A DNA stretch of 64,000 bases from Camelus ferus (lineage: Eukaryota), in contig NC_045696.1 of the NCBI RefSeq assembly GCF_009834535.1, forward strand, positions 7,008,001-7,072,000, in the 5' to 3' direction. Shown here one piece after another: positions 51,827 to 63,530 of this stretch; the stretch's first letter is position 1; each line of letters opens with the position of its first letter. The translations under genes and the position numbers were made by a program. Under the pieces are notes generated by a model that was given only the letters and a program-made list of their open reading frames with translations, ran no database searches and had not been told where the DNA came from.

Positions 51827-52037
51827 AAATAGAATGTGTCAATAGAAGAGTCGAGGCTCAGTGAGGCCAATAGATCAGGACACAGTTGCCATTGCAAAGA
51901 CGATTTGTTACAGATCCCAGGAGGAGGGGACACGCCACGCCATGGGGGTGGGGGGACATGGGAAGCACCGGACTGACTAGGAGACAGAGGGAGGGGGAAA
52001 CTACAGCAAAAGCTCTTATTGTGATTTTCGTGGGGAG

Positions 52038-52724
52038 TGTTGACCTTTAAAAAAAAAAAAAAGTCTACTTATTTTGCCAGCAAAATGAGTTTATTCAGGA
52101 ACAGAGAATTGCAATTCAGGACAAGCAAACTATGGTGACCCACAGGCAAGTCCCGAGAACAGAGGAGGGGCTTGAAAGAGGAAAACTGGGGAGCACTGTG
52201 GGGGTCTGTTGTTGGCTGCAGGTGGCGGGCAGCTTGTGTCGTGGGGTCAGAAGGAAATCTTTCTTCCTGCTGGGTCTGTAAACTTCAGAGCTTTCCTGTT
52301 CCTTTTTAAATGAGATTTCCTTAACTAAAAATAAATAAATACATAAAGACACAAATGAATTTATTTACAAAACAGAAACAGATTCACAGACATAGAGAAC
52401 AAACTTATGGTTACCAGAAGGGAAAAGGGGATGGGAAGGGATACACTGGGAGTCTGAAAACACTAACTGCTATATGTAAAATAGATAAACAAAAAGTTTC
52501 TACTGTAGAGCACAGGGAACCATATCCAATATCTTGTAGTGACCTATAATGAAAAAGAATATGAAAAGGAATATATGTATGTATATGTATGACTGAAACA
52601 TTATGCTGTACACCAGAAATTGGCACAACATTGTAAACTGAATATACTTCAGAATGAAAATTGGAAAAAAAAAAAAAAGGCTAGTTTCTAAAAAGAAAAA
52701 TGAGATTTCCTTCATCTGTTTCCA
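52038..52724 (-). mobile_element. Short LTR-like element nested in the MER76-like LTR
   Basis: TG...CA bounded, minus-strand AATAAA near 52090, itself split by an L1; family not identified. Confidence 0.55.
52323..52697 (+). mobile_element. Young 5'-truncated L1 3' end with perfect TSD
   Basis: Perfect 15-bp TSD aaatgagatttcctt (52308-52322 and 52698-52712); TTTTT/AAA endonuclease site; poly(A) tail. Confidence 0.95.
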
Positions 52725-54576
52725 GAGAAGGGAGGGGTGAGGCAGGGGAGGCAGGATGAGGACTGGCTCGTCTGGGTGACTGCAGTGGACTCTGGGCGTG
52801 GGAGCTGCCCTGGTTGTCTGATCCCTGTCTCTGGGGGGACTAGGGCAGGTGAACAGTGGCCCGGGAGCCTGGAAGCCCTGGGAAGGCGGTGGTTGGGGGT
52901 GTGGGTTCTGGTCTGTATTTGACAATCACTCTCACAGGCAAGTGGGTTACTATCTACGTACAGGGATTGGCTAACCCTGGGAGGGGCGGTCCCATCAGGG
53001 CCAGCAAAGCCCCAGATGCCAAAGCATCAGACTTCCGGAAATAAAAGACATGGTTAATAAAACGGCTAAGGACCAAGCCATGAAACATCCACAGAATACT
53101 GCTGTCCCTCCCCATTCCAACCCTAACAACATACACACCCCCTCAGACAGGTCTTCATATTTAATAGGACACTCTTAGAAAGACCCCAAAATTCACAAGA
53201 GTCAAGGAAACGAGCCAAAATAAAAGAATCAAAGCAGCGCATCGAGGATACAGTAAGGATCACACAACAGCCGGTGCTTCATGGACGGTGTCCTAGATCA
53301 GGGACGTGTTAAGGACGCTGCACTGGGCTGGATACCCACGTGACATCCCAGCTGACACACGGTTTGTCTTCCTCCCACCCGGGCAGAGGAGGAGTCCTGC
53401 CTCACCCTTCAGTCTGACCCATGCACACAGTCTCCACCGCGCTGTGCAAGTACCGCTGTCACAGCGAGTCTGAGCCGACTGCTGAGCCGCCGTGACCCAG
53501 AATCCCGGCACCTGCTGTTCCCGTCTCTCGAGAACGAGAACGCGGCTCAGCATCGCCCCGCACGCCGGCTGGAACGGACCGGCCTCCCTCCCGGAGGAAC
53601 AGTGAGATGAGATGGCAGAGATTAGCCCGAGGGGGAACACAGTGTGTCATTCGGTTCCTCCTTCCCTTAAAAGGCAGAGCCAAGTAAACGCTGAAGCTCC
53701 TGGAACACAGTTATCTCTCCAGGATAACGACAAGCTACAAGTGTGAATCCAAACCCATGGGTTGGGCCTGTACTGCCCGACTCCCAGTCAGGCTAGAACG
53801 CGGACACCTGGTGGTGACTCAGAGCCAAAGGATGAATGATAATGTGGTTTATTTCACCACACGAAGTTTCCATCCACTTGAAATGATTGATTCTTGTGTA
53901 ACATCAAAAATCCAAATTTAAAACATCAAACCCACCTGGTTTCGCATTTTTCACCACAAATGGTGTGCAATGAAGAATGCAGAGATGGGGTGATATATAC
54001 TTTAAATCAATACTTCAAAATGGGATTCAGACTAAAGCAGGCGCGGGTTTTAACGGTAGGATGCGTGTTTACGAGGATGGGTTTGTTCAGAAGGCTTGCC
54101 TCACGCTCTGAAAACCAAACCACATTTTCAACAGGTCAGGAAAGAATCCAGTTTGGAAGAGAGGATGCAGGTTCCTTAACAGAATCGTGCATAGAAGTCA
54201 CCCCAATTTCACTGACTGTTCACTGTTAGTGGAAGAACAAGGAAATTCCAACAGATCGCAAGAATGTCACTGGATTTGTGAGTCAATCTGCAAAGGTCTT
54301 GTTTGTTTTTAAAAATCTGTTGCTTTTGGTTAAAAAAAATTTTTTAGGGTCAGTTTTTTCAAAAGAAAAGCACCTGTTTTCTTGCAGTCAGCGTTTCTCA
54401 CCCTGGTTACTTCTTCCCTTGCCGGGCAGCCCCCCTCCCCCCCGTGGGAAGGGCACCTCTGAACCTCGCTGAAAACGTTCTGAGGAGAGGAGGGAGGGCA
54501 GGAAGTTTGGCCATTGTTCTGCAGGAATGCCATTAACTCTAAGAAGAATTTAAAATATGCTCAAAACATTTCCTTT

Positions 54577-54798
54577 TTGTTTTCTTCAATTTTGTTGAGA
54601 TATCATTGACACACAGCTCTGCGTAAGTTTAAAATGTACAGCATAGTGACTTCCATTGACCATCTTCCTCCAGTTCCCCTTCCCCCTCCCCCACCTCTGA
54701 TAACCAGACATCTGATCTCTTTTTCTGTGAGTCTGGTGGCTTGGGTTGTTTTCTTTTTCAATTCCACATACAAGTGAGATCATACGGTACTTGTCTTT
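54577..54798 (-). mobile_element. Short L1 3' end with TSD
   Basis: Minus ORF MISLVCGI... (end of ORF2); TSD ctcaaaacatttccttt (54560-54576) / ctcaaagcatctccttt (54799-54815). Confidence 0.88.
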
Positions 54799-55779
54799 CT
54801 CAAAGCATCTCCTTTCGACAAGCTATTAATAAGGCAGCATACAAACTGGTCCCCCAAGAACACGGAAACTGGATCGCTCTGCAAATTGATCAAATGTGGT
54901 TCCTAGGGTATAAAATTAATGCAAACATAAACGATGAAAAGGCAATAAAAGGGTTGTATATCGAGGCCACGCCTAAGCTATATTTAATTTTCAGTTAAGG
55001 TGTCCAGCTTCTGTACACTCCTGAGAGATGGGACAGAATCGTAGACTTAAAGGACAGTCAAGAGGAGGAGTTCACAAGTTCTGTTCCCTTCTCACACCTA
55101 AATCATCCCCGTGCTAAAAACCGTGGAGAGTCGTACACATTCATCTCATAGGCAGAGACAAATCTCCGTTCAGGGAACTAAAAGCTGTTTTGACAGGTGT
55201 TAGAGGCTTTGGATTCTTGGCCAAATCAAATGCAAATCAGTTGATGTTCTTTCTCTCGAGTAACCCATGCTGCCTTCACCGAGACCCTTCTCTGCACTGT
55301 CAGCTCCCTTAACAACCGCCCAGGTGCAAACTTATGGCAAGGGGCAGTCTAGAGACCTGGGTCACTGGGACACCAAAGGTATCCACAAGATGCCAAAATG
55401 AGCCTTTCTTGAAGTGTCCAGTTTTCAGTGGTCACACTTCAGTCCAGAGCTTGTTGCCAAGTGACAGATGGAGACTTCCAGACCTATGGCTTCTGCTAAC
55501 CTGAAGCACCCTCCTGCCCCATCTTCAGGGCCCAGCTGAAGGCATCCTGGTTCAGAAGCCCTCCCAGCCGGCCCCACCCGGAGTGAACCCCTCGGCCTTT
55601 AAACCTGGAAACTCCCCGGGCATCTCATTTCAGCTTTGATCACATGCAGCCTCTAATCCCCTGTTTTGTCTTCCCCAGGTGAAGGCGTTCTCTCTTCAAC
55701 TGGATGTGTGCCATCATAGGGGTTATCAGTGAAAGAAATGCACGTTATACTTTGTAATTTCCCCTCACTTTTTTAGTTC

Positions 55780-56610
55780 CCCAAATCTTTACTGGGCACT
55801 GACCATGTCCCACTCTGGGCACAGTTCCAGAAATAAAACAGAACAGACCCTGTTTATGTTCCATCAGGGGCTGCAGGCATTTTCTGAAGAGCTGCAATGA
55901 GGGTCTCACAGGGGACAGGCGGGTGTGATGATTCAGAGTGACAGGGAGACCTAACTCAGAGCCAGGATCAGGAAGGGCTCCCTGGAGGAGGTGATATGGC
56001 CCCGGAGGAAGGGCTCAAGCCAGCCAGGTGAAAGGAGGATGGAGGTCAAGTGCAGGGAGCGGAGACCCAGAGAGACGACTGTAAGAATTCGGGCTTTTAT
56101 TCTAGGAGCGATAGGAAGTCACTGAAAAGCTCTAAGCCAGACGCAGATATAATGAGATCTCTGTTCCAAGGTCACTCTAGGGGCAGGAAAAGGAAAGAGA
56201 GGAAAGGCTGGAGGCAGGAGATGAGGAGATGCCGCTGGAGATGAGGGTGACACGGGTCAGGGTGGTGACAATGAGGGGAGGGAGCAGCGGAGATTCCAGA
56301 CATATTTCAGAGGCAGGATCAACCTGATGTGTTAAGGGAGTTGATTTTGTGGGGAGGAGAGGGTTCCGTCCGGGTGGTGGTACCGGTGCCTGGAATCAGG
56401 AGCCTGGGGGGAGGAGCAGGCTTGGAGGGAAAAATCATACACGTTGCATGCTCCATTAGGGGCATTTACTGAGCCATCGGAGGGAAGATGCCCAGTGGGC
56501 AGGTGAATGTCAGGTTCTGGAGATCAGGCTTGAGAGTCAGGCTGGAGGTCTGAAAGCCAGAAGCATGCGAAGAGGGTGTAGACAGAGGACCCTGGAGCCC
56601 CATAAGAGGG
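55780..56610 (-). mobile_element. L2 fragment
   Basis: 'tttactgggcactgaccatgt', 'atcaggaagggctccctggaggaggtgat', 'gggcttttattctaggagcgataggaagtcactg'. Confidence 0.75.
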
Positions 56611-57346
56611 TCTTGACGGCCAGGAGGACCTAGTTGCTGGTTGGCAGGGTCAGCTACAGAGCCAACCCAATGAGCTTGCACATAGTAGGAGCTCCAAGGT
56701 CACTTAATTGATTTTTAGAGGACATAATCACCAATCTGTTGCCTGCCCACAGCTGTGTTTCCATGAGTTTTGGGGTTTTATAAAAAGCTGGACAGGTAGG
56801 CTGAGATCACCAGCTAGAGTTCACTTCAGCATTTGTAATGCTTGATTGCCACAAAAGCAATGTAGTCAGTGGTGCATGTAAATGTTAGTCTTCTTGAAGC
56901 CGCAATACATGCTTCTAACTCCAGTGAATTACTGTGGTGGGACGAGAGTGCACAGGTCCAGGGAATTGTCCATCTGGATATCCTTTACCTATCAAAAAGA
57001 TCCTACATCTCTTGCCAAAACTACACCCCAGCCCCATATGTCTACATTGTTCTAATTCTCAAACTCAAAACTTGGAAGTCTTTTTTTCACTAGACTCTTA
57101 AAGTCAACTGAAATAAGATGTTAATGTTCAACTATGCAAGACTAATAGAATCACCTAAGCTTTTCTAAACTTCATAAACTCACCGGAGGGCATTCTCAGG
57201 ATCACAAACTTTATTTTTCCCTCCAAGATGAGGCATTTTAGTTATACATGTCGTTTTTCACTTTATTTGGGAAGGAGGGATTCTAAGCATTTTAAGCCAA
57301 CTTTTAAAAATATGTTCAAGGAGAGTTAATAATTTTATAAACACAC

Positions 57347-57865
57347 TGTTACTGCATCCAAACTTGTTATTCTGCTCACCGCACGACAGGCCAGTAAATC
57401 AGGAGACGAGGTGCTGGGGCAAGGAATAACGACTTTCTTCAGAAAGTTGGCAGACCAAGAAGATGGCGGACTAAAATCCTGGAGAACTATCTTACCCAAG
57501 TCAGAATTCAGGCTCCTTTTATACTAGAAAGAGGAGGGGCTGTGGTTGGATGTTGCAAACTTCTTGGTGTCAGAATCCTTGGTTCTTGCAGCTGTCCACA
57601 TGGGTCAGGTCACGAAGTCCCTGTAAACCTCCAACAAGACAAATGTCTCTGTTCTGCAACTTTTTATCTCTATACGAATGGAAAAGTGTTCTGCCCTTAA
57701 ATGTCAGAGCCTTGAGAACGGGCTCTCCTGTAGATTTCAGGCTTTCGGCGACATTCTTTTACAAAAGGTACAGAACCAGCATGACTCAGCACAGGAGACG
57801 GAGCCCAGGGTTAGAGCTAAAGGAACAGGTGTGATATGGAGTCAGACTTGTTCTTCCCTAGGACA
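57347..57865 (-). mobile_element. ERV1-type solo LTR, copy 2 (same family as 42856-43375)
   Basis: Colinear with copy 1 over its full length; TG...CA ends; TATAAAA retained (57517-57523); poly(A) signal changed to AAGAAA. Confidence 0.92.
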
Positions 57866-59189
57866 GCAACACTCAGACAAGTAGAGTCACAACTGACTTT
57901 CTCTACAACTGAAATTAACTCTTAAGCTCCCTTTCTGCTCCCTAGTACAAAAAGGGGTGGGGGAAGCCTTAAATTTGCCCATGAAAAGGTAACTTAGTCA
58001 CTTCTAACTTTAAATGCAGTTAATTCAGATCTAAACTACCATTTGAGATATTCCCCCTCTGCCACCCCAGGAGCAATCTGAATTCGGGTGAGTTATCCAT
58101 CATTTTGGCACAAGGGATGGGGGATATGGCCCAAGCACATCCTGTCTCCTTGCTGCTCCCCCCAAGGTCCTCGGGGCATCACATGACATCTTTGTGTATG
58201 ATCCAGGTGCGCACCAGGTCCCCGTGTGCCTCTCCCCACTGGGCCCACCAGCACCTCCACCCTGTCGCTGGCAGGATGTGGGAACTCCTGCCCACGCACA
58301 CTCCTGCCTGCACACCAGCAAACACAGGCACTTGCATGTACACACGGTGCACACGTGCACACCCACGCCCAGCCACTCTGGGGCCCGCCCCACACCGCTG
58401 CAGGACACTCCTCTCTCCGCGCTTGTCCAGCCCCCGCCGCCAGGCTGCTCCGGAGCCCAGCCAACCCCAGGCTGCTCTGCGTTGCCTGAGATCTGCCAGC
58501 ACCAAGGAAAAGGGCCCAAGTGCTGATGGCTCCCCCTCAAACTCTCTGGGGCCCTTTCATCTCGGCCCTCTTCCCACACTTAGGTCAGGCCCAGGGCAGG
58601 GGATTCTGGGCCGCTTCTTGAAAATCCTGGCAGTATGCAAACCCTACTCACAGCACCCCTACCAATACCTCCACTCCATCCCTCTCCCCAGCTGGTTTCA
58701 CAGTTCCTGATGGCCCAGTGGTACAAGAAGGCTTCAATTCTCATAGCCGTGGCTTCTGGAACTCCCAAATCCTTTATATTTTATCCCAACCAAGTTTTTC
58801 TCTGTTAATGAAAGTTCTGCTTTCCAGGCCACGGTTGCAACTTTGGCCTTAAAGTGTAATTTAGTGTGTCAAAGCTGAGAGCATGGGTCCAGCCTCTCCC
58901 CACCCAGCCCACGAAGCTAGGAAAAGCTTTTACTGGGTGGGTGGGAAGACACAGGGCAGCCAGGGACAGCCTGGGATCACCAGGAATAAAACTGCATCTG
59001 AGACCATTCCCAAAGATTTTCCCTCTGCATGATCATGTGTCCCTCCATGAAAATTCAGACTGCAGGAATCAGCTCTAAAGTGTTGTGTCCTTGACCAACA
59101 GAGAGCACAGCGAAAACCTTAGCAATCTGGCTGGAAAAGGGAACCAACACATCAGGGCAATTTGGTGCCAAGGTTAGACAGACAGTTTT

Positions 59190-59610
59190 AGGATGCTGAA
59201 GACAACCAAGCTAGAATGCTCATGAGGTCTGTTGCCTCTCATAAGTGCAAAGTCCATGGACAGATAAGGCATCTGCTCCCGGTCACCTTTTCCTGTCTCC
59301 CTGCTCTCAGAGCCCCAATACGGCCACCAGCAGCCACGAGGGCTGTATGTGCCCTGGCTCCCAATCATGGGGGAGAGCTCCCTTCTGTCCATCACTCTGT
59401 GCAACGGTCTTAAATTCATCCTGAATGAACCATTGAGTGAACCTCATTTTTTTTCTGGAACCAATGACTGTGGCCAAGAAAACTGAGACGGTCAATAAGC
59501 TTAAGCCCAGTGGGACCCAAAAGTTCACGGTCTGTCACGGAGGGGTGCACCTAGTAAAACTCTGAGTACTTGTAAGAAGGGGATATAGGCAACAAATATT
59601 CACTGCAAAT
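59190..59610 (-). mobile_element. Degenerate MaLR LTR (MLT1K/L-like)
   Basis: 'ttgcctctcataagtgcaaagtcc', 'gaaccaatgactgtggccaag' resemble old MLT1 motifs. Confidence 0.45.
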
Positions 59611-59689
59611 TCATGATTACCTTCCTGTCTTAATCCTCCTTTGTTTGTCTGATCAACCCACTCTCCCACTCTCCACAGAAAATTTCAGA

Positions 59690-61295
59690 TCTTCCCCCAC
59701 CCACTTCCTCCTTCACAAAGAAAACAGGGACTTCCAGACAGAAATTCCCTCAACCCTTTGCCAACACATCACAAATCTACCTGGACCAACATCCATGAGC
59801 TGTGAGGACAGAGGGGTCCGTCCACCCTGACTTCCCAGCTTTGCTCATCTCTCCAGAACCACTAGCTACCGACCACCTCTTCTCCTACCTGGAGGTCGAG
59901 CCCTGCCCACCCAACCAGGGCCTTTTCCAACAGTATTTGAACGTGGTCAGGTGTCTCATGTCTTTAAAAACTCACTCAGTCCCATATCCCTTGCTGAGTA
60001 TCCTTTCTCTCATATTCATGATCAGATTTTTGAAAAACTTTCCTAAATTCACTCAGCCCATTTCCTCACCTCAGACCCACTTCTCAAACCCCTTCACTGG
60101 CTCTTTTACCCTTCAGCTCTTACTAAGCTGACAATGACCACCATGTCTGAAATCCAGTGTATACTTTTCAGTTTGGGTTTTACCTCCTCAGTTTTGGGCA
60201 CTGTTAACCACCTGCCCTTCTTGAAACATTCCCCTCCCAAGGCTTCTGCAACCTTCCACCCTTTGGCTTTCCTCCTATCTCTCTGGCCACTCTCTCTGTC
60301 AACATCCTGGGCGAGCTCATCCTTCGCCATTCATCAAATGTTAAGTCTTCACAAGGCTTATTCTCATCCTGTTTCTCTCATCGCATACCCTTCTCTTGAC
60401 AATCTCATCTGCCCCCAGGCTTCAATTCCATCCATATGTCGCTGACATCCTGATGTATATACACAACCCTTGGATTTGAGACCTGATTATCCCAATGACC
60501 TCCTCAATATTCTTGCATATCCTAAAGTCACAATAAAATGAACATTCCTCCAAACTAAACACACTATTTTCCTGTACTCAAGATTCCCAGTGGCACCAGC
60601 ATCCAGCTCATTGCCTGAGCTGGAAATCTGGGCTTCATTCTTGGCTTTTCCTTCTAACTCACTCTCACGACAGAGGTCCATCCATTTGGCCTCCTAAACT
60701 TATCTTCAGTGTATTTCAGCCTCCCCATCTCCACTGATTCTTCTCTAGTTCTGATAACCATAATTTCTTCTTTGTGCCATTGAAGCAGCTTTCTCGATAT
60801 CCTCCCCACCATGTACTTTGCCCTCCTCCAAGTCATTTTTCCCTCTGTAGCTAGAGCAATATTTTCATTTGGTACCAAGCTCCCCTCACCTACATCCCAA
60901 ACACACTAGTCTTTCAGCTTCTGAGACACCCTCCTACAACAGAACCTTCCTCTGCCAGTGCTGTTTCCTTGACTACAGTGCACTCATCCCCACCTCACTC
61001 ATCCCCTTCCTCGTCCTTCAAGTCTTAGCCCAAAATGCCACACCTTCAGGGACACTTTCACTAATTCCCACACCAAACCAAGTGCAGTTCCTTCGTTATG
61101 GTTTTATAGAAGAATCTGCCTTTTCTTCACTGCATTGATTAGAGTTTTAATTTTGTTTTTATTTAGATGTTTATTCCATTTTCAGTAGACTATAAATCCA
61201 GTGAACCCAGGGACCATGTCATCTTTTGACTCTCAGAATCTGCCAGAATGCCAGACACATAATAGGCCCTCAATAAATATGTGATGAATGACTAA
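59690..61295 (+). mobile_element. L2 fragment including 3' end
   Basis: 'ggcactgttaaccacctgcccttcttgaaac'; tail 'cacataataggccctcaataaatatgtgatgaatgact'. Confidence 0.85.
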
Positions 61296-61689
61296 ACAAA
61301 TTACTATCACCTGGGTTCCTTTATTGTTAGCCACTAACAAATATTTATTGGACATATTACCAACCACTGTTGCCAAACACTATAGTAGGCGATGGAGATA
61401 AAGCGGTAGCCAAGACAGAGCTGCCCACAGGAACCCCTGCCCCTAGACTTGATAAGGTATAAACAAATATGGACAATTGCAATTCGGTGAGGAAGATGCC
61501 AGAAGGGTGAGCAGTGGCCACTGGGGAAGCACGTGAGCTGCTTACAACCCAGCTGCAGTTTAGCTAAACTCTCCCTTCCTATTCTCTGTTTTTCCTTAAA
61601 CTTCTTTGTCCTCACATGCATGCACACACCTTCCCTAAAAGCAGCATTGTTTTATTCTTTTGATTTTGCTTCTCTTCGTGTTGTCTGAA

Positions 61690-61838
61690 CCTGGGATTCC
61701 ACGAGCTTCAGTGAGTTCCTGAGCACCCGACCATTTGCAAACTTTTGAATGTATGCGCATTTTTAAGACGAGAGGATCAGTGAGTTTCCCAAGATTCCCA
61801 AAAGGGTCCTCAACTAAAACAAGTTAAGAACCACTGCC
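61690..61838. mobile_element. hAT-Charlie MITE fragment (MER103-like)
   Basis: 'cagtgagtttcccaagattcccaaaagggtcc...aagttaagaaccactg' TIR-like end. Confidence 0.6.
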
Positions 61839-62501
61839 TAAAAAATGCAGAATAACGGGGGACATTGAAGAGATGAGTGACACTTCAAACACCAAGCATC
61901 AAAGAATATTTTGAAGTGTTCACAGCACAATAAGGCATGAAGTAAACCCTGACATCAACTGGAAGATGCAACATGCCATCTCCAGATCTTTCCCTGTAGG
62001 GTTTTATCCCATTGGAAAAAAATCAACATGTGACAAAACACTTGATGTACGGGACAACTGCTATTGACCAATGCGTCTAATTCTACAAGCAAGGTCAGCT
62101 TTTATACTTGACCAAGGGAAGGAAGGGAACTAAGAGAATTGCCAGCGATGTCCTCAAGCAGAGCCCAACGTTAACACTTTCATAGGTGAACTTTCTTGTA
62201 GATGCTGTCATACCTTTACTCTGGTCATTATCCCAGTGTGACAGGTGAGGAGTAAGGGTCATTAAGCAGCCTATCCAGGCCACACTGAGACCCCGGGCAG
62301 CCCAGACTCAAACCTGGGCCTGTCTGCCTCCAGCTCCCAGGGGTCAGCGCCACTATATCATTGGGGATCCTATGATAAAAGGAAATGAGCACACCCAGAG
62401 ATTCCACATTACTTTAGTAGAAGGAAATCATCATACAGCTTCTTGTCCTAAAATATATTTGCTCCATAGAGTCAAAATGAGAAATAAGAAAGTGTGTACA
62501 T

Positions 62502-63109
62502 GCATCTTAGTGTTCATAGCAGCACTACTTACAATAGCCAGGACAGGGAAGTAACCTAAATGTCCATCGACAGATGACTGGATAAAGAAGATGTGGCAAA
62601 TATATACAATAGAATACTACTCAGCCATTAAAAAGGAATCAAATAATGCCATTTGCAGCAACATGATTGGAACTGGAGACTGTCCTACTTAGTGAAGTAA
62701 GCCAGCAAGAGAAAGAAGAATACTATATGGTATCACTTACATGCGGAATTTTTTAAATAACACAAGTGAATTTATTTACAAAACAAACAGACTCACAGAC
62801 ATAGAAAACAAACTTATAGTTACCATTGGGAAAAGTGGATGGGGGGATAAATTAGGAGTTAGGGATTTGAAGATACTAACTACCAAATATAAAATAAAGA
62901 AACACAGGTTTCTACTGTAGAGCACAGGGAACTATATTCAATATCTTGCAACAGCCCATAATGAAAAAGAATAAGAAAAGGAATCTATATATCTATTTAC
63001 ATGCATACACACATGTATAACTGAATCACTATGCTGTACACCAGGAACTAACACAACATTGTAAATCGACTATACTTCAATTTTTAAAAATGCAAACAAG
63101 GGGGAAAAA
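62502..63109 (+). mobile_element. 5'-truncated L1 (ORF2 end plus 3' UTR) with TSD, inserted in an older L1M
   Basis: 'gtgttcatagcagcactacttacaatagccagg...aaatgtccatcgacagatgactggataaagaagatgtgg'; TSD aagaaagtgtgtacat (62486-62501) / aagaatgtgtgtatat (63110-63125). Confidence 0.93.
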
Positions 63110-63530
63110 AAGAATGTGTGTATATCTATGTTTGCTTATTATTACAAAAGGAAACACAGGAAGAGTAAGGCAGAAATTCATGAAAAGGGCCACATACAGG
63201 AGGTGGGCAGAAATGGGATAGAAAGAGTAGAGATGGGAATGAGACGTTTCTGAATATATCTTTTTATGCTGGCCTAATTTTTGGACTATTTAAACGGTTT
63301 ACAGTGTCTTTTTTTTTTTTTTAAGAAAAAAAAAGATGACAAAAGCAAATCCTGAAAGGAATTACAATTAGAAACAAATGAACCGAACTAGATATAAAAC
63401 AGATAACACGGCCACATAGAAAAAAGAATGAATTCAATAGCTTTTGAACTCACTACTTTGATGGTACTACCTCAGTGGAAATAGCCCAAGATTAAAAAGA
63501 ACTGCACTTTTTAATTTTACCTTATAGGTT
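63110..63530 (+). mobile_element. Old L1MC/MD-like 3' UTR fragment
   Basis: 'aaaaggaaacacaggaag', 'gaaacaaatgaaccgaactagatat' are typical of L1MC 3' ends. Confidence 0.6.

Larger units (their letters stand above)
51835..53060. mobile_element. MER76-like LTR split by nested insertions
   Basis: Left part 51835-52037 and right part 52725-53060 ('gattggctaaccctgggaggggcggtccc...aaagcatcaga...aataaaagacatggttaata') join into one MER76-like LTR. Confidence 0.7.

Noticed and set aside
42856..57865. Full-length provirus bounded by the two similar LTRs
   Set aside because: Copy 1 has its own TSD on both sides, the interval is too long, holds older host repeats, and has no gag/pol/env
58093..58710. 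Cluster of overlapping ORFs up to 201 aa
   Set aside because: GC-rich, CA-repeat-like sequence open in most frames; no coding signature
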